IMG/VR virus record: IMGVR_UViG_3300021093_000075
Span: 1-61,926 of that record
Origin: a virus
Taxonomy: Duplodnaviria > Caudoviricetes
Reading direction: 5' to 3' (one strand)
Length of the DNA: 61,926 bases
Shown here: positions 39,694 through 48,530 of the stretch, one piece after another
Layout of the letters: the number at the start of each line of letters is the position of its first letter
How positions within the stretch are numbered: position 1 is the stretch's first letter
Position numbers and translations under genes: made by a program
Notes under the pieces: generated by a model
Database searches by the model: none
What the model was told of the DNA's origin: nothing
The model's input: the letters and a program-made list of their open reading frames with translations, nothing else

Positions 39694-39844
39694 CATTCGG
39701 TGCTCGTGAAGGGTGTACCTCTTCATCTGGATGACCCTCCCACGAGTAATCGAGCCCCCACGTCAAGCACTTCCCGGTGTCGTAATCCGCAATCTTCACC
39801 CTTCGATGCTCGGCGTGGGGGTTTCGCTTTGCTAGGATGCCCCC

Positions 39845-41326
39845 ATGAACATCAAGACAGCGATACCTCTACTCGCTCACCAAGTCGAAGCAGTCGAGTA
39901 CGCACTCGAGAACCGTCGAGTCATCATCGGTGACGAGATGGGCGTTGGCAAGACCCCGACTGCCATTGCCATCGTGGCAACAGAAATCCGGCGTGAGAAA
40001 CGTGCAGGCTGGAAAGTCGACCCATTTCTCGTGGTCGTGCCACCCTCGATGCGTCTTCAGTGGGAGCGTGAGTTTGCCCGGTTTGCCCCCGATCTCAGAA
40101 TCAAGACGCTCACAGGCCGCTCACCAGTCGATGACCGTCGACGTGCGTGGGATGTACCGAAGGCTGATGTGCTCCTCATTGGTGACTCATCGCTGTCCGG
40201 GTACGCCAAGTATCTGAAGGGAAAGATTCACGGCATCATCGTCGATGAGTGCCAGCGTCTGAAGAATCGCAAGGCTCAACGCTCGCTCGGTGCAGTCAAT
40301 GTTGTGTCGATGCTTCATCGAGATGCGATTCGAGTTGTCATGTCGGGCACACCGCTAATCAACAATCCCATCGAACTCGTGCCATCACTACAGGTGATCG
40401 ACAGGCTCGAAGACTTCCGTGATGGTGCACAGTCCGGTTATGAGTCATTCCTGAATCGCTACGCACCACGCATTGACCGTTTCGGGACTCGAGGTACAGC
40501 GAACCTGCCGGAGCTGCACCGCAGGCTGTGCGATGGATTCATGCTTCGACGCAGGCGTTCAGAAGTGCTCGAGTTGCCAGCGAAAGGTCGAATCACCAGC
40601 GAGGTGACGCTCACGCAACGGAGCATCGAGCAGTACCAACGAGCAGAGCGTGACTTATTCGCATTCATCGAGGATGCGAAAGGGAAGCCCCAAGCAGAAC
40701 GTGCCATGAGAGCAGAAGCCATAGTCCGGCTCAACACGCTTCGCTCGATACTTGGACAGGGCAAGATCGACGCTGTCGTTGACTACGCACTCAACATCAT
40801 CGAGCAGGGCGAGCAGTTGTTCATCACCTGCACTCACACGCTGGTGCTCACGCAACTTGTCACCCGGTTGAATCGACACGCCAAGACCGTGAAGGTTGCT
40901 GGTGGCATGACAGACCGGGAGAAGATGAACGCAGTCGATGCATTTCAGAACGGCAATGCGCGAGTGCTCGTTGGCAATGTCGTTGCCTCGGGCGTAGGAC
41001 TCACGCTCACTGCTGGCAGGCATCACATCAGCGCAGAACTCCCCTGGACTTCTGCTGACCTGCTGCAATGCGAAGACCGACTGTCTCGACATGGACAGAA
41101 GCGTGAAGTCGTTTCGCACATCCTGCTTGCTCAGCACATCGACGGACAGCCTTCACTCGACTGGCGTATGTTCGCACTGCTCGACCAGAAGCTTGGAATC
41201 GTGAGTCAGGTCATGGATGGCTCGACAGACGTGCTCGTCAACCATGACAGCGAATCCGTCGCTTTCGGCGTTCTTCGCTCTTACGGCTGGACTGTCGTGA
41301 GAAACACCTCTCCAGATCGTTCCTAA
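39845..41326 (+). CDS. Second SNF2/HARP-like helicase
   Basis: DEMGVGKT, VDEC, SGTPLINNP, GVGLTL, QCEDR..R.GQ; leaderless TAGGAT-N6-ATG. Confidence 0.9.
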   Translation: MNIKTAIPLLAHQVEAVEYALENRRVIIGDEMGVGKTPTAIAIVATEIRREKRAGWKVDPFLVVVPPSMRLQWEREFARFAPDLRIKTLTGRSPVDDRRRAWDVPKADVLLIGDSSLSGYAKYLKGKIHGIIVDECQRLKNRKAQRSLGAVNVVSMLHRDAIRVVMSGTPLINNPIELVPSLQVIDRLEDFRDGAQSGYESFLNRYAPRIDRFGTRGTANLPELHRRLCDGFMLRRRRSEVLELPAKGRITSEVTLTQRSIEQYQRAERDLFAFIEDAKGKPQAERAMRAEAIVRLNTLRSILGQGKIDAVVDYALNIIEQGEQLFITCTHTLVLTQLVTRLNRHAKTVKVAGGMTDREKMNAVDAFQNGNARVLVGNVVASGVGLTLTAGRHHISAELPWTSADLLQCEDRLSRHGQKREVVSHILLAQHIDGQPSLDWRMFALLDQKLGIVSQVMDGSTDVLVNHDSESVAFGVLRSYGWTVVRNTSPDRS

Positions 41327-41430
41327 CGCACGAACCGATACCGGGTGGCGGTAGTAGTACCCCCCAGTTGTGGCACTCCGCTATGCTCGAGTACGTCGAG
41401 CATCCGCCCGACCCAATCAAGGAGAAACAC

Positions 41431-41745
41431 ATGAAGCACTACGAAGTGAGAGTCACCATCGACGTGGGCGTGACGTTCGTCGTTCACGCACCCGACGAAG
41501 AGAGCGCACACCACTGGTACGAACTGCCCCAGCAGTCGGTGCTCGTGCAGGGATTCGAAGTCGACTGGAATCGAGCGTGGGATGTTGCTGAGTACGACAA
41601 CCGAGCGTTCGTGGCACTCGATGAGAAAGACATTCGAGGAACGCTCGAGCACATCGTGACCGAGTTGCGTCGAAATGCGTTCCTGCCCGAGACACCGAAC
41701 CGTGACACCGCAGTCACCGTCGAGTTCACCGAGGTGCAGCGATGA
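41431..41745 (+). CDS. Hypothetical protein
   Basis: CAAGGAGA RBS. Confidence 0.65.
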   Translation: MKHYEVRVTIDVGVTFVVHAPDEESAHHWYELPQQSVLVQGFEVDWNRAWDVAEYDNRAFVALDEKDIRGTLEHIVTELRRNAFLPETPNRDTAVTVEFTEVQR

Positions 41746-41906
41746 CCGGGAAGAAGACCCTTCCAGAACTGACCTGCTACATCTGTGGTCGAGTGACCGA
41801 CATTGACAAGTGTGAAATCTTCGAGTGTGCCAGCGACGGAACTGTCTACTCCGTCGAATGCCACGAGTGCACTCCACCAGATGCGTGGTATGACGATGCC
41901 TGCTAA
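41742..41906 (+). CDS. Small zinc-finger protein (not in ORF track)
   Basis: MTGKKTLPELTCYICG...CHEC, GAGG RBS. Confidence 0.55.
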   Translation: MTGKKTLPELTCYICGRVTDIDKCEIFECASDGTVYSVECHECTPPDAWYDDAC

Positions 41907-42180
41907 ACACTTGCCCCCAGTCGATCCGAACCAAGAGGTCATCATCATCGGTGCGTGGGCTGACGTGCGCTGGAATGATTCCGGCGAAGTCATCCATCGC
42001 TACTTCTCGTTCGGTGATTACGACCACAAGACCGACCAAGACGAGTTCGGTATTCGAGACGAGCACATCTTCTTCTACACCGGGTCGAGTGACGAGTTCG
42101 AGGCTCTCACCGCCGAAGACAACGGCGAGGACTTCGTGGTGCTCGAGGAAACCATCATGTGGGAGGTTCGCATCGCTTGA
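41896..42180 (+). CDS. Acidic hypothetical protein
   Basis: Asp/Glu-rich, DEHIFFY. Confidence 0.6.
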   Translation: MPAKHLPPVDPNQEVIIIGAWADVRWNDSGEVIHRYFSFGDYDHKTDQDEFGIRDEHIFFYTGSSDEFEALTAEDNGEDFVVLEETIMWEVRIA

Positions 42181-42304
42181 CGGCCTGCCCCCAGCAACGC
42201 CCCCAGTGCCCTAAATACCGGGTGCTGGGGGTTCTTGCGTTGTGCCCCCCAGTGTGCCTACACTCGAGTCGTGCTCATCCGAGCACCTAATCAAGGAGAC
42301 ATAC

Positions 42305-42862
42305 ATGACTACTACCGCCCTACCCGATGACAGGCTCATTGCCTTGTCCCGAGAACTGCTCGAGGAGCAGACGCTGCTGACCGGACTCAGCGATGTGCAC
42401 AAGCACATCAACGAGATCCGTTCGACGCTCGAGTCTCTTCAGCAGTCACTGATGGACTTCGAGAAGTCCATCGACATCCGCCCCAATGGCAAGCACGTCG
42501 TGAACATCGAACTTGTCGCGGCTCATTCAGCAGTGATGACATACGCAATGAAACTGCTGAAAGAACCAACCGCCTCGCTCGACACGGTGCTCAACATCCT
42601 CGTCGAGCAGTGCGATGCGATTGAGTGTCGCTTCGACAGGACAGAGTGCCCCCGGTGCGGTCAGGTCATCCCAAGCGTCGAGCATCGAGGTGAATACATC
42701 GGTGCTATCTCGAGGCTGGACAACCGGACTGAAATCTGCTCGACGTGTGGCAAAGAAGAAGCGTTCGGTGGCTTGATGGGAGCGTGGCACACGCTCATCT
42801 CGTCGGTCATCGAGGGCAAGTACCGCCACGCTCATCCAGAGCTTTACCAGAAGGGAGCGTGA
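42305..42862 (+). CDS. Hypothetical protein with CxxC..CxxC
   Basis: CPRCG...AISRLDNRTEICSTCG; strong RBS. Confidence 0.65.
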   Translation: MTTTALPDDRLIALSRELLEEQTLLTGLSDVHKHINEIRSTLESLQQSLMDFEKSIDIRPNGKHVVNIELVAAHSAVMTYAMKLLKEPTASLDTVLNILVEQCDAIECRFDRTECPRCGQVIPSVEHRGEYIGAISRLDNRTEICSTCGKEEAFGGLMGAWHTLISSVIEGKYRHAHPELYQKGA

Positions 42863-42863
42863 C

Positions 42864-43298
42864 ATGGGAGACAGGTGCACGTTCATCTTCGCTGACACGC
42901 TCGAAGCCCCCGAGGGAGTCGAGCACCACGATCCGATTGTGACGATGCTCTACTCACACTGGGGTGGAGAAGCCCGGCATGAGGAACTCGCTTACGCCAT
43001 CGCAATGGCTGTGCCCCGGTGGAGTGACCCGGGATACGCCACTCGAATCTGCGTGAGTCAAATCATTGGCAGTGACTGGAATAACGAGGCTGGGTTCGGG
43101 CTCTACTCGTTGAGACTCAGTGAGTGCATGAACGAATACATCTGGACTAACCGTGAGCCTCTGCTGGTGAACTGGCATGAGCAGACGGTCAGCATCCATG
43201 AGTCCGGCGAAATCATCACGCTCGATGCCTACGTTCGACGCTGGCTCGACCCGGACAGTTCGGCGTTCGAGGAGTACCGACAGGCGGTGAGCGCATGA
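42864..43298 (+). CDS. Hypothetical protein
   Basis: MGDR...LYSHWGG...RW.DPGYATR. Confidence 0.7.
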   Translation: MGDRCTFIFADTLEAPEGVEHHDPIVTMLYSHWGGEARHEELAYAIAMAVPRWSDPGYATRICVSQIIGSDWNNEAGFGLYSLRLSECMNEYIWTNREPLLVNWHEQTVSIHESGEIITLDAYVRRWLDPDSSAFEEYRQAVSA

Positions 43299-43495
43299 AG
43301 CATCCCGAGATCCAAACGCTGCATCGAGTCTTCATGTCTGCCTCACGGCACTTCGATGAAGACCGAGCATTCGGATTCGACGTGCCAAGTCGAGAGTCGG
43401 TCACTGCGCTGTGGATGCTTGTGGCAGAACTTCTACACACGCACCTCACGCCGAAGCACTCCCCCGAGATGAAAGACAGATTGGAGAACGTATGA
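43295..43495 (+). CDS. Hypothetical protein
   Basis: Coupled; last gene before the non-coding gap. Confidence 0.55.
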   Translation: MKHPEIQTLHRVFMSASRHFDEDRAFGFDVPSRESVTALWMLVAELLHTHLTPKHSPEMKDRLENV

Positions 43496-44466
43496 CCTGA
43501 CACCTACATCAACCCCCACCCCCCACGTCGAGTCCCTCAGCACTACCCTCCCCCAGTGCTGGGGGACTCTTCTTTGCCCGGAATCGCCCTCGAGGCTCGA
43601 ATCCCCGGTCAGAACACCTCTCCAGATGCTCTAGGTTGCGTCGAACAGACCGGGATGGTATCTCCATAGCCCCCCATTCCGGCATCGCACCGGGGACTCC
43701 GTAGCGGCTCTCCGGCATCGAGCACCGGGCGAGTGCCCGGGCGATTCGCCCCGGATGATTCGCCCCGGATGAATCCACCCGGAGTCATTCTCACTCATTC
43801 CTATTCGCCCTGGCTGATAAGGCCGTGTGAGTGAACGTCGAGTCACTCGAAGTGCAGCATGGATCGGAACGCACTCGAACTAGGCAATGGAATCGGTGTG
43901 AATCGAGTGTGCGCGAATACCGGCATCGAGTCGCTCGAGTGTGCGAAGCACGACGGAGTCGAAGACTCACTGGTAGTAACTACCGAGCATCGAGTGATGC
44001 GTGAAAGCCTCCACCTATCCCCCAATCACTCCCCCGGATGAGTCCATAGACCTATTCGCACTCGATGACTCTTCGCATGACGTGCGAATAAGCATGAGAT
44101 GCGTGATGCTCGACGCTCGACGTGCCGTAGGCACACTGAGCACCGAGCGTTATCGCAGAATGCCACCAGAAGCGTCAGGATGCGTTCTGAGCGTCGATAA
44201 TGCCCGACCCCTACCTAGACAGCCCTCATGCTATTCCGGCTCATCCTAGAGCATCCTATTGCGTGTCTACTACCTGTAGTAGGTGCGGATCGAGCTGCCA
44301 CACTACCTATGGTGGTGGGGGAGAGTACCCTCACCCTTTAGTTGAGGGTTAGGGTTGGGGCAGGCGGAGTACCCGCACTCCGAGGACACACCACCCCTAA
44401 ATAGACCCACCCCAAAAAAACTGGACACCCCCAACCCTAACCCTCAAGTAGACCTATACTGTTTAA
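43496..44466. other. Long non-coding, repeat-rich region at a composition boundary
   Basis: No credible ORF; direct and inverted repeats; GC/TCGA-rich to the left, more AT-rich to the right. Confidence 0.6.
44342..44447. repeat. Perfect 19-bp inverted repeat
   Basis: TTGAGGGTTAGGGTTGGGG (44342-44360) and CCCCAACCCTAACCCTCAA (44429-44447). Confidence 0.9.
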
Positions 44467-44868
44467 ATGACCCGACGAATTGTCTACCATGGAACTGTCG
44501 AGTCTGATCCACCCCACCTACAAGGGTTTCCTTTCCATGCCGGTACTCGCCGAGCTGCCCAGGAGCGCATTGACGACGAAATTTCCCATGGAATCTCCGT
44601 AGACGAGCCCAAAAGGGTTACGGCCTCGTATCACGCCTACGAAATCAGTGATGATGCCCCAATGTCAAAACGAACATGGCAAGATCCAATGTTCCATCAG
44701 GATGCAAAAAAAGCAGTCCCGGAGCACAAAGAGAACAGGATTTACCCATATACCAATGAGCGCGAAGATCGCGGGTCTACTTCCTATGTAATTCCGTCGT
44801 CATTTGTTGGTAGGCACGTAAAACACCTTGGTGTGCAGTTTAAGGAATTTTACGACCTAGAGCCATAA
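44467..44868 (+). CDS. ART-like protein, family A (C-terminal HLGVQF tag)
   Basis: VYHGT, FHAGT..AA.ER, HAYE, Y.N..EDRGSTS; leaderless TATACT-N6-ATG. Confidence 0.65.
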   Translation: MTRRIVYHGTVESDPPHLQGFPFHAGTRRAAQERIDDEISHGISVDEPKRVTASYHAYEISDDAPMSKRTWQDPMFHQDAKKAVPEHKENRIYPYTNEREDRGSTSYVIPSSFVGRHVKHLGVQFKEFYDLEP

Positions 44869-44882
44869 CCTATAATGTTTGG

Positions 44883-45368
44883 GTGTCAGCGTCAGATCAT
44901 CTTTCTCCAGATCAATTACGCGCCCACGTCAAAGCTCATTTAAATAAATGGTCTGAAACGTACCACACACCCGAATGCGCCGATGGGTTGTGCTGGCATG
45001 CAACAAGGGCGTATATTCATAAAGCAGTAGAAGACGGGCATGAGGCCCATTACAAGACTTTTGATCTAGATCATGACGAGCCAGTACCTCCCAACCCTGG
45101 TTATAGGCACGGCACTCACACCGTTGCCGGTGTGCAAACATCCCGCGGGCCTTACATAGTTGACCTGACGCATCGTCAGTTTGACGCAAAATCCCCATAC
45201 CCAGTGATAGAGCCGGAACACCGGTTTATGAGTAGAGACATAATGAAACCATTCAAGTATGTCGAAGAATATGACATTGATACAGGCGAAGGCTATTGGG
45301 AAGGCTTCGATGAATTCCCACACCCCTCCGACGGCTCTTCCCGAGATCTGCGTGAGGAACCGTTTTAG
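44883..45368 (+). CDS. Tagged Cys-His-Asp papain/transglutaminase-like protein
   Basis: MSASDHLSPDQL; GLC, THTV, IVDLTHRQFD; TATAAT-N6-GTG. Confidence 0.65.
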   Translation: MSASDHLSPDQLRAHVKAHLNKWSETYHTPECADGLCWHATRAYIHKAVEDGHEAHYKTFDLDHDEPVPPNPGYRHGTHTVAGVQTSRGPYIVDLTHRQFDAKSPYPVIEPEHRFMSRDIMKPFKYVEEYDIDTGEGYWEGFDEFPHPSDGSSRDLREEPF

Positions 45369-45373
45369 TACTT

Positions 45374-45853
45374 ATGTCGGCTTTAGACCACCTTTCCCCG
45401 GCCCAACTACGTGCTCATGTGCAAAAACACTTAGAGGAACGTCGTTCAACCGCCGATTGGCCCGAAGAATATGACACTCCAGAGTGTGCTGAGGGCGAAT
45501 GCGGCGTAGCGTCGGAAGAATACGCCAGAAGGGCAATAAAAGACGGTCATCAGACTGATTTACATAGTTATTTTATCCCAGAAGACGCACCTAGAAATCT
45601 CAGTACACATTTTTTTAATACGCACACTGTTGCAAACGTACAAACGTCGCGTGGGCCGTACATAGTTGACCTAACTCATCGTCAATTTGATGCAAACGCT
45701 CCGTACCCAATCGTAGAACCACAACACGAGTTTCTGAAAAGAGAGTCAATGCAGCCATTTACCACCTACCAAGTTCACAAAAAGGTTAGCGGTGGGTGGA
45801 AAGACGTTTGGTCGTCAAAATCTGACGATCTTCCAATACAAGGTAGGGAGTAA
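45374..45853 (+). CDS. Tagged Cys-His-Asp papain/transglutaminase-like protein
   Basis: MSALDHLSPAQL; GEC, THTV, IVDLTHRQFD. Confidence 0.65.
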   Translation: MSALDHLSPAQLRAHVQKHLEERRSTADWPEEYDTPECAEGECGVASEEYARRAIKDGHQTDLHSYFIPEDAPRNLSTHFFNTHTVANVQTSRGPYIVDLTHRQFDANAPYPIVEPQHEFLKRESMQPFTTYQVHKKVSGGWKDVWSSKSDDLPIQGRE

Positions 45854-46233
45854 TGGCAGCATCAGATCACCTAAACGAGGTCTTGTTCCATGGAACAGGG
45901 TATAAATTTAAAAAAGGTGATGTCATTTTGCCCGCGTCGCAAATCGACGTGAAGCGCAATTGGGGAGCCAAATCCAAGAACGACCCGAATTACGCCTACG
46001 CGACGAACGACATGGACCAGGCCAAATACTTCGCGCACATCGCCTCCCTGTTCGGCGGCGGCAGGCATCCGCGTGTCTATCAAGTCGAACCAGTGAACCC
46101 TGATACCGCTGGGTGGAGGGTGAAAAATTTCCCCGGAGGCAGTGGCGGCGGGTCGCGGTCGTTCAGAGAACACGCCTCTTCTGAGGGTTACCGAGTGCTA
46201 AAACAAGTCTGGAAGAGGCCAAAAAAGACATGA
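45853..46233 (+). CDS. Tagged Arr-like ADP-ribosyltransferase
   Basis: MAASDHLNEVLFHGT..FKKGDVI.P, YAT..A..FA, RVYQVEP, S..GYRVL. Confidence 0.7.
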   Translation: MAASDHLNEVLFHGTGYKFKKGDVILPASQIDVKRNWGAKSKNDPNYAYATNDMDQAKYFAHIASLFGGGRHPRVYQVEPVNPDTAGWRVKNFPGGSGGGSRSFREHASSEGYRVLKQVWKRPKKT

Positions 46234-46592
46234 GCGCTTCAGAACACCTCAATCCGGATCAACTTCGCCTGTTTATGCAGGCTAAGGAGTTGATGAACGT
46301 ACATACGTTAGAAGCGACTCAATGGGGCAACCATTATCGCACTATGAACGATGATTCTTCTTTGTATCTTAGTAAAGTGAGAGAATCCGTTTCCGGGTAT
46401 GAGCACGATACGTACAATACGGCAAAAAAAGGACAAGAAAACCTGTATGACAGCATAAAAAAAGAGGGGGTAAAGTCCCCTGTGACGTTGTCAGATAGAG
46501 CAGGATTACTGAATATTGAAAACGGTCATCACCGTATTGCAGCAGCCAATGCCATTAACGAGGATATGTATATACCGGTACGTTATGAGTAA
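46230..46592 (+). CDS. Tagged ParB/sulfiredoxin-like protein
   Basis: MSASEHLNPDQL; LYDSIKKEG..SPV, IENGHHRIAAA. Confidence 0.75.
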   Translation: MSASEHLNPDQLRLFMQAKELMNVHTLEATQWGNHYRTMNDDSSLYLSKVRESVSGYEHDTYNTAKKGQENLYDSIKKEGVKSPVTLSDRAGLLNIENGHHRIAAANAINEDMYIPVRYE

Positions 46593-46962
46593 CTTACATC
46601 CTGAGCAGTTTCAGGATCTTAACGAGTTCGTTAATAATTTAAAGATCTATCACGGAACCCCAGTAACCCATTTACAACCTGGGGATATTATAAAGTCACC
46701 TGACCCACGACCTGATTCTTGGGATAGAGGAAAAGTGTTTGGCACAGACAACCCCGCATGGGCGCGTATGTACGCTAATAAGAACACTCGTCCTTCCTAC
46801 ACGGCAACCGAAACCGATGGTGCGGTTTATGAAGTAGAGCCAGTTGGGGCGCTAGATCGATTTACCGATGAACAGGTGAACAAAGCATTTAAAGACATGG
46901 GAGTTCCCTACACTGCCGAATACGCCGCTGATGCGTGGCGGGTTCTTGGCAAATACGAGTAG
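46585..46962 (+). CDS. Tagged Arr-like ADP-ribosyltransferase
   Basis: MSNLHPEQF; IYHGT..LQPGDII, A.MYA, VYEVEP.G, WRVLG. Confidence 0.7.
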   Translation: MSNLHPEQFQDLNEFVNNLKIYHGTPVTHLQPGDIIKSPDPRPDSWDRGKVFGTDNPAWARMYANKNTRPSYTATETDGAVYEVEPVGALDRFTDEQVNKAFKDMGVPYTAEYAADAWRVLGKYE

Positions 46963-46974
46963 TATCATTAACAC

Positions 46975-47424
46975 ATGGCTTCTTGGGAACATATGAGCAA
47001 AGAACAGTTCTATGGGCCGTATTTGTATCATGGAAGTTCTAAAAAATTTCCCGTAGGTGACATTATCAAGACACCTGTAGAAATCAATCCGGATGACGCA
47101 ACGTACGCAACTGAAGACATTGTGTACGCAGGCGGTTTTGGCCACATACACAAAGTCGTGCCCACGGATTGGGAAGAAGCTGAACCTTTTGAACCGGGTA
47201 ACGACCCAGAAGAACTACAGGCTCATCCAGAACCACCCCATAGGCATGGTGATGTTTATTGGAATTTTGCTTCAAATAAAGGTTTTAGGGTAATTGGGCA
47301 TTCAAACTTTGTAACACCCACAGATTTGAGTTTTAACCCAGACCCAGACTCTCCTACGGGCGGAGAATGGACTTCTGGTGGTAAGCGCTGGCATCGACCT
47401 GTTCGCGGCAGCGGGCAGGATTAG
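46975..47424 (+). CDS. Tagged Arr-like ADP-ribosyltransferase
   Basis: MASWEHMSKEQF; LYHGS...GDII, YAT, S.KGFRVIG; TATCAT-N6-ATG. Confidence 0.65.
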   Translation: MASWEHMSKEQFYGPYLYHGSSKKFPVGDIIKTPVEINPDDATYATEDIVYAGGFGHIHKVVPTDWEEAEPFEPGNDPEELQAHPEPPHRHGDVYWNFASNKGFRVIGHSNFVTPTDLSFNPDPDSPTGGEWTSGGKRWHRPVRGSGQD

Positions 47425-47464
47425 TTCTATTATTGCTCCCAACGGTGGCTGATACCATTAAGAT

Positions 47465-47854
47465 ATGACGTTGAGCCAAGACCAGTTTGACGGTTTTGAA
47501 TACAGAGGTGTAAGAATCAGTAACATTCGCAGCGGTGTACACGGTAAGAACACTAAGAATGTTACAAGTCGAGTCGTACCAATCATGTTTGAGTACCAAA
47601 GCGGTGAGGTAAAAGAAGGAGCACAAATTAGCGCTAGTAAAGAAAAAGCAAAGCGTTTTCTAGACAATGCTCTGCATGAAAAGTTCGGTGGTAGGGCAGA
47701 AGAAGGAAAACTGCGTATGAGTCGAATCAACTACCGTGCAATGGGTGAACAGGCAGAACACAAATCCGTTGAGGAGTTAACCTCTCCGGAGGAGTACGTT
47801 CGTAAATACAAGAACTGGATAGCCCAGGGCGGCTTTGACCCAGGATTAGAGTAA
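47465..47854 (+). CDS. Tagged hypothetical protein
   Basis: MTLSQDQF; TACCAT-N6-ATG. Confidence 0.65.
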   Translation: MTLSQDQFDGFEYRGVRISNIRSGVHGKNTKNVTSRVVPIMFEYQSGEVKEGAQISASKEKAKRFLDNALHEKFGGRAEEGKLRMSRINYRAMGEQAEHKSVEELTSPEEYVRKYKNWIAQGGFDPGLE

Positions 47855-47889
47855 ATAAAAAATTTCCGGTGAAGGGACTATTCCGTTTC

Positions 47890-48246
47890 CTACCTACGAC
47901 GAGGTCCCGTGTTGCGGGGTGGAAGACGTTTACTAACACTACGTGCCCATGCGTCACCTTCGTCGGTGCGGTCCATTGAGTGTTTAGGCGGTTGTACGCC
48001 CCTAGTTGTTTTTGCCATTTCGTGGGCGTAATTCCACATACCGGTAGCAATTCCCTGTCTACGGTAGTTTGCTTCAACAAATATGTTTGAAATGGTTTGA
48101 CCATGAGGAAACCATTCCAACTCGCCTACATAGTCCGAACCTTCCTCAGCAACGACTCTGTGGCGTTGTTCTTTTCCAATTGGGGATCGGGCATTTCCCT
48201 TTTCAAACCTGAATTGGACACCATTGATGTTATCTCTAGCAGCCAT
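47890..48246 (-). CDS. Tagged GNAT acetyltransferase
   Basis: MAARDNINGVQF; FVEANYRRQGIATGMW. Confidence 0.8.
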   Translation of the reverse strand: MAARDNINGVQFRFEKGNARSPIGKEQRHRVVAEEGSDYVGELEWFPHGQTISNIFVEANYRRQGIATGMWNYAHEMAKTTRGVQPPKHSMDRTDEGDAWARSVSKRLPPRNTGPRRR

Positions 48247-48530
48247 TACTCACCTTTTTCTTTACTTGCAGAATCAAGTAATTGGTCTTTTTTATATTTT
48301 GGAAGGGTATCCCACCTAGATTTCCAGTTGTTTTTCCACTCCTGAACGCTTGGGTGGTCAATTGCGTCTTCCCAATCATCCCAATCTGCTGCACTGTGCT
48401 TAGCAATAAGCCCTATGCGCTCACTTTTAGGAGTTTCAGCAGGCCCTGTCCAGCGTCCCTCTGGAACATAACCCCATTTAAAGGTTTTTCCGTAGTGTTG
48501 GTCCCAATTCAAGTGGTCTTTAGCTGCCAT
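48246..48530 (-). CDS. Tagged hypothetical protein
   Basis: MAAKDHLNWDQH; TAATG coupling at both ends. Confidence 0.65.
   Translation of the reverse strand: MAAKDHLNWDQHYGKTFKWGYVPEGRWTGPAETPKSERIGLIAKHSAADWDDWEDAIDHPSVQEWKNNWKSRWDTLPKYKKDQLLDSASKEKGE

Noticed and set aside
41323-42066. 247-aa minus-strand ORF (and similar antisense ORFs across 33-43 kb)
   Set aside because: Shadow of plus-strand genes with strong RBS in stop-poor GC-rich sequence
43509-44249. Short ORFs in the non-coding gap
   Set aside because: No RBS or promoter support, overlapping on both strands, no recognisable motifs
44345-44360. TTAGGG as eukaryotic telomere contamination
   Set aside because: Only one exact unit per arm, embedded in an inverted repeat in phage context
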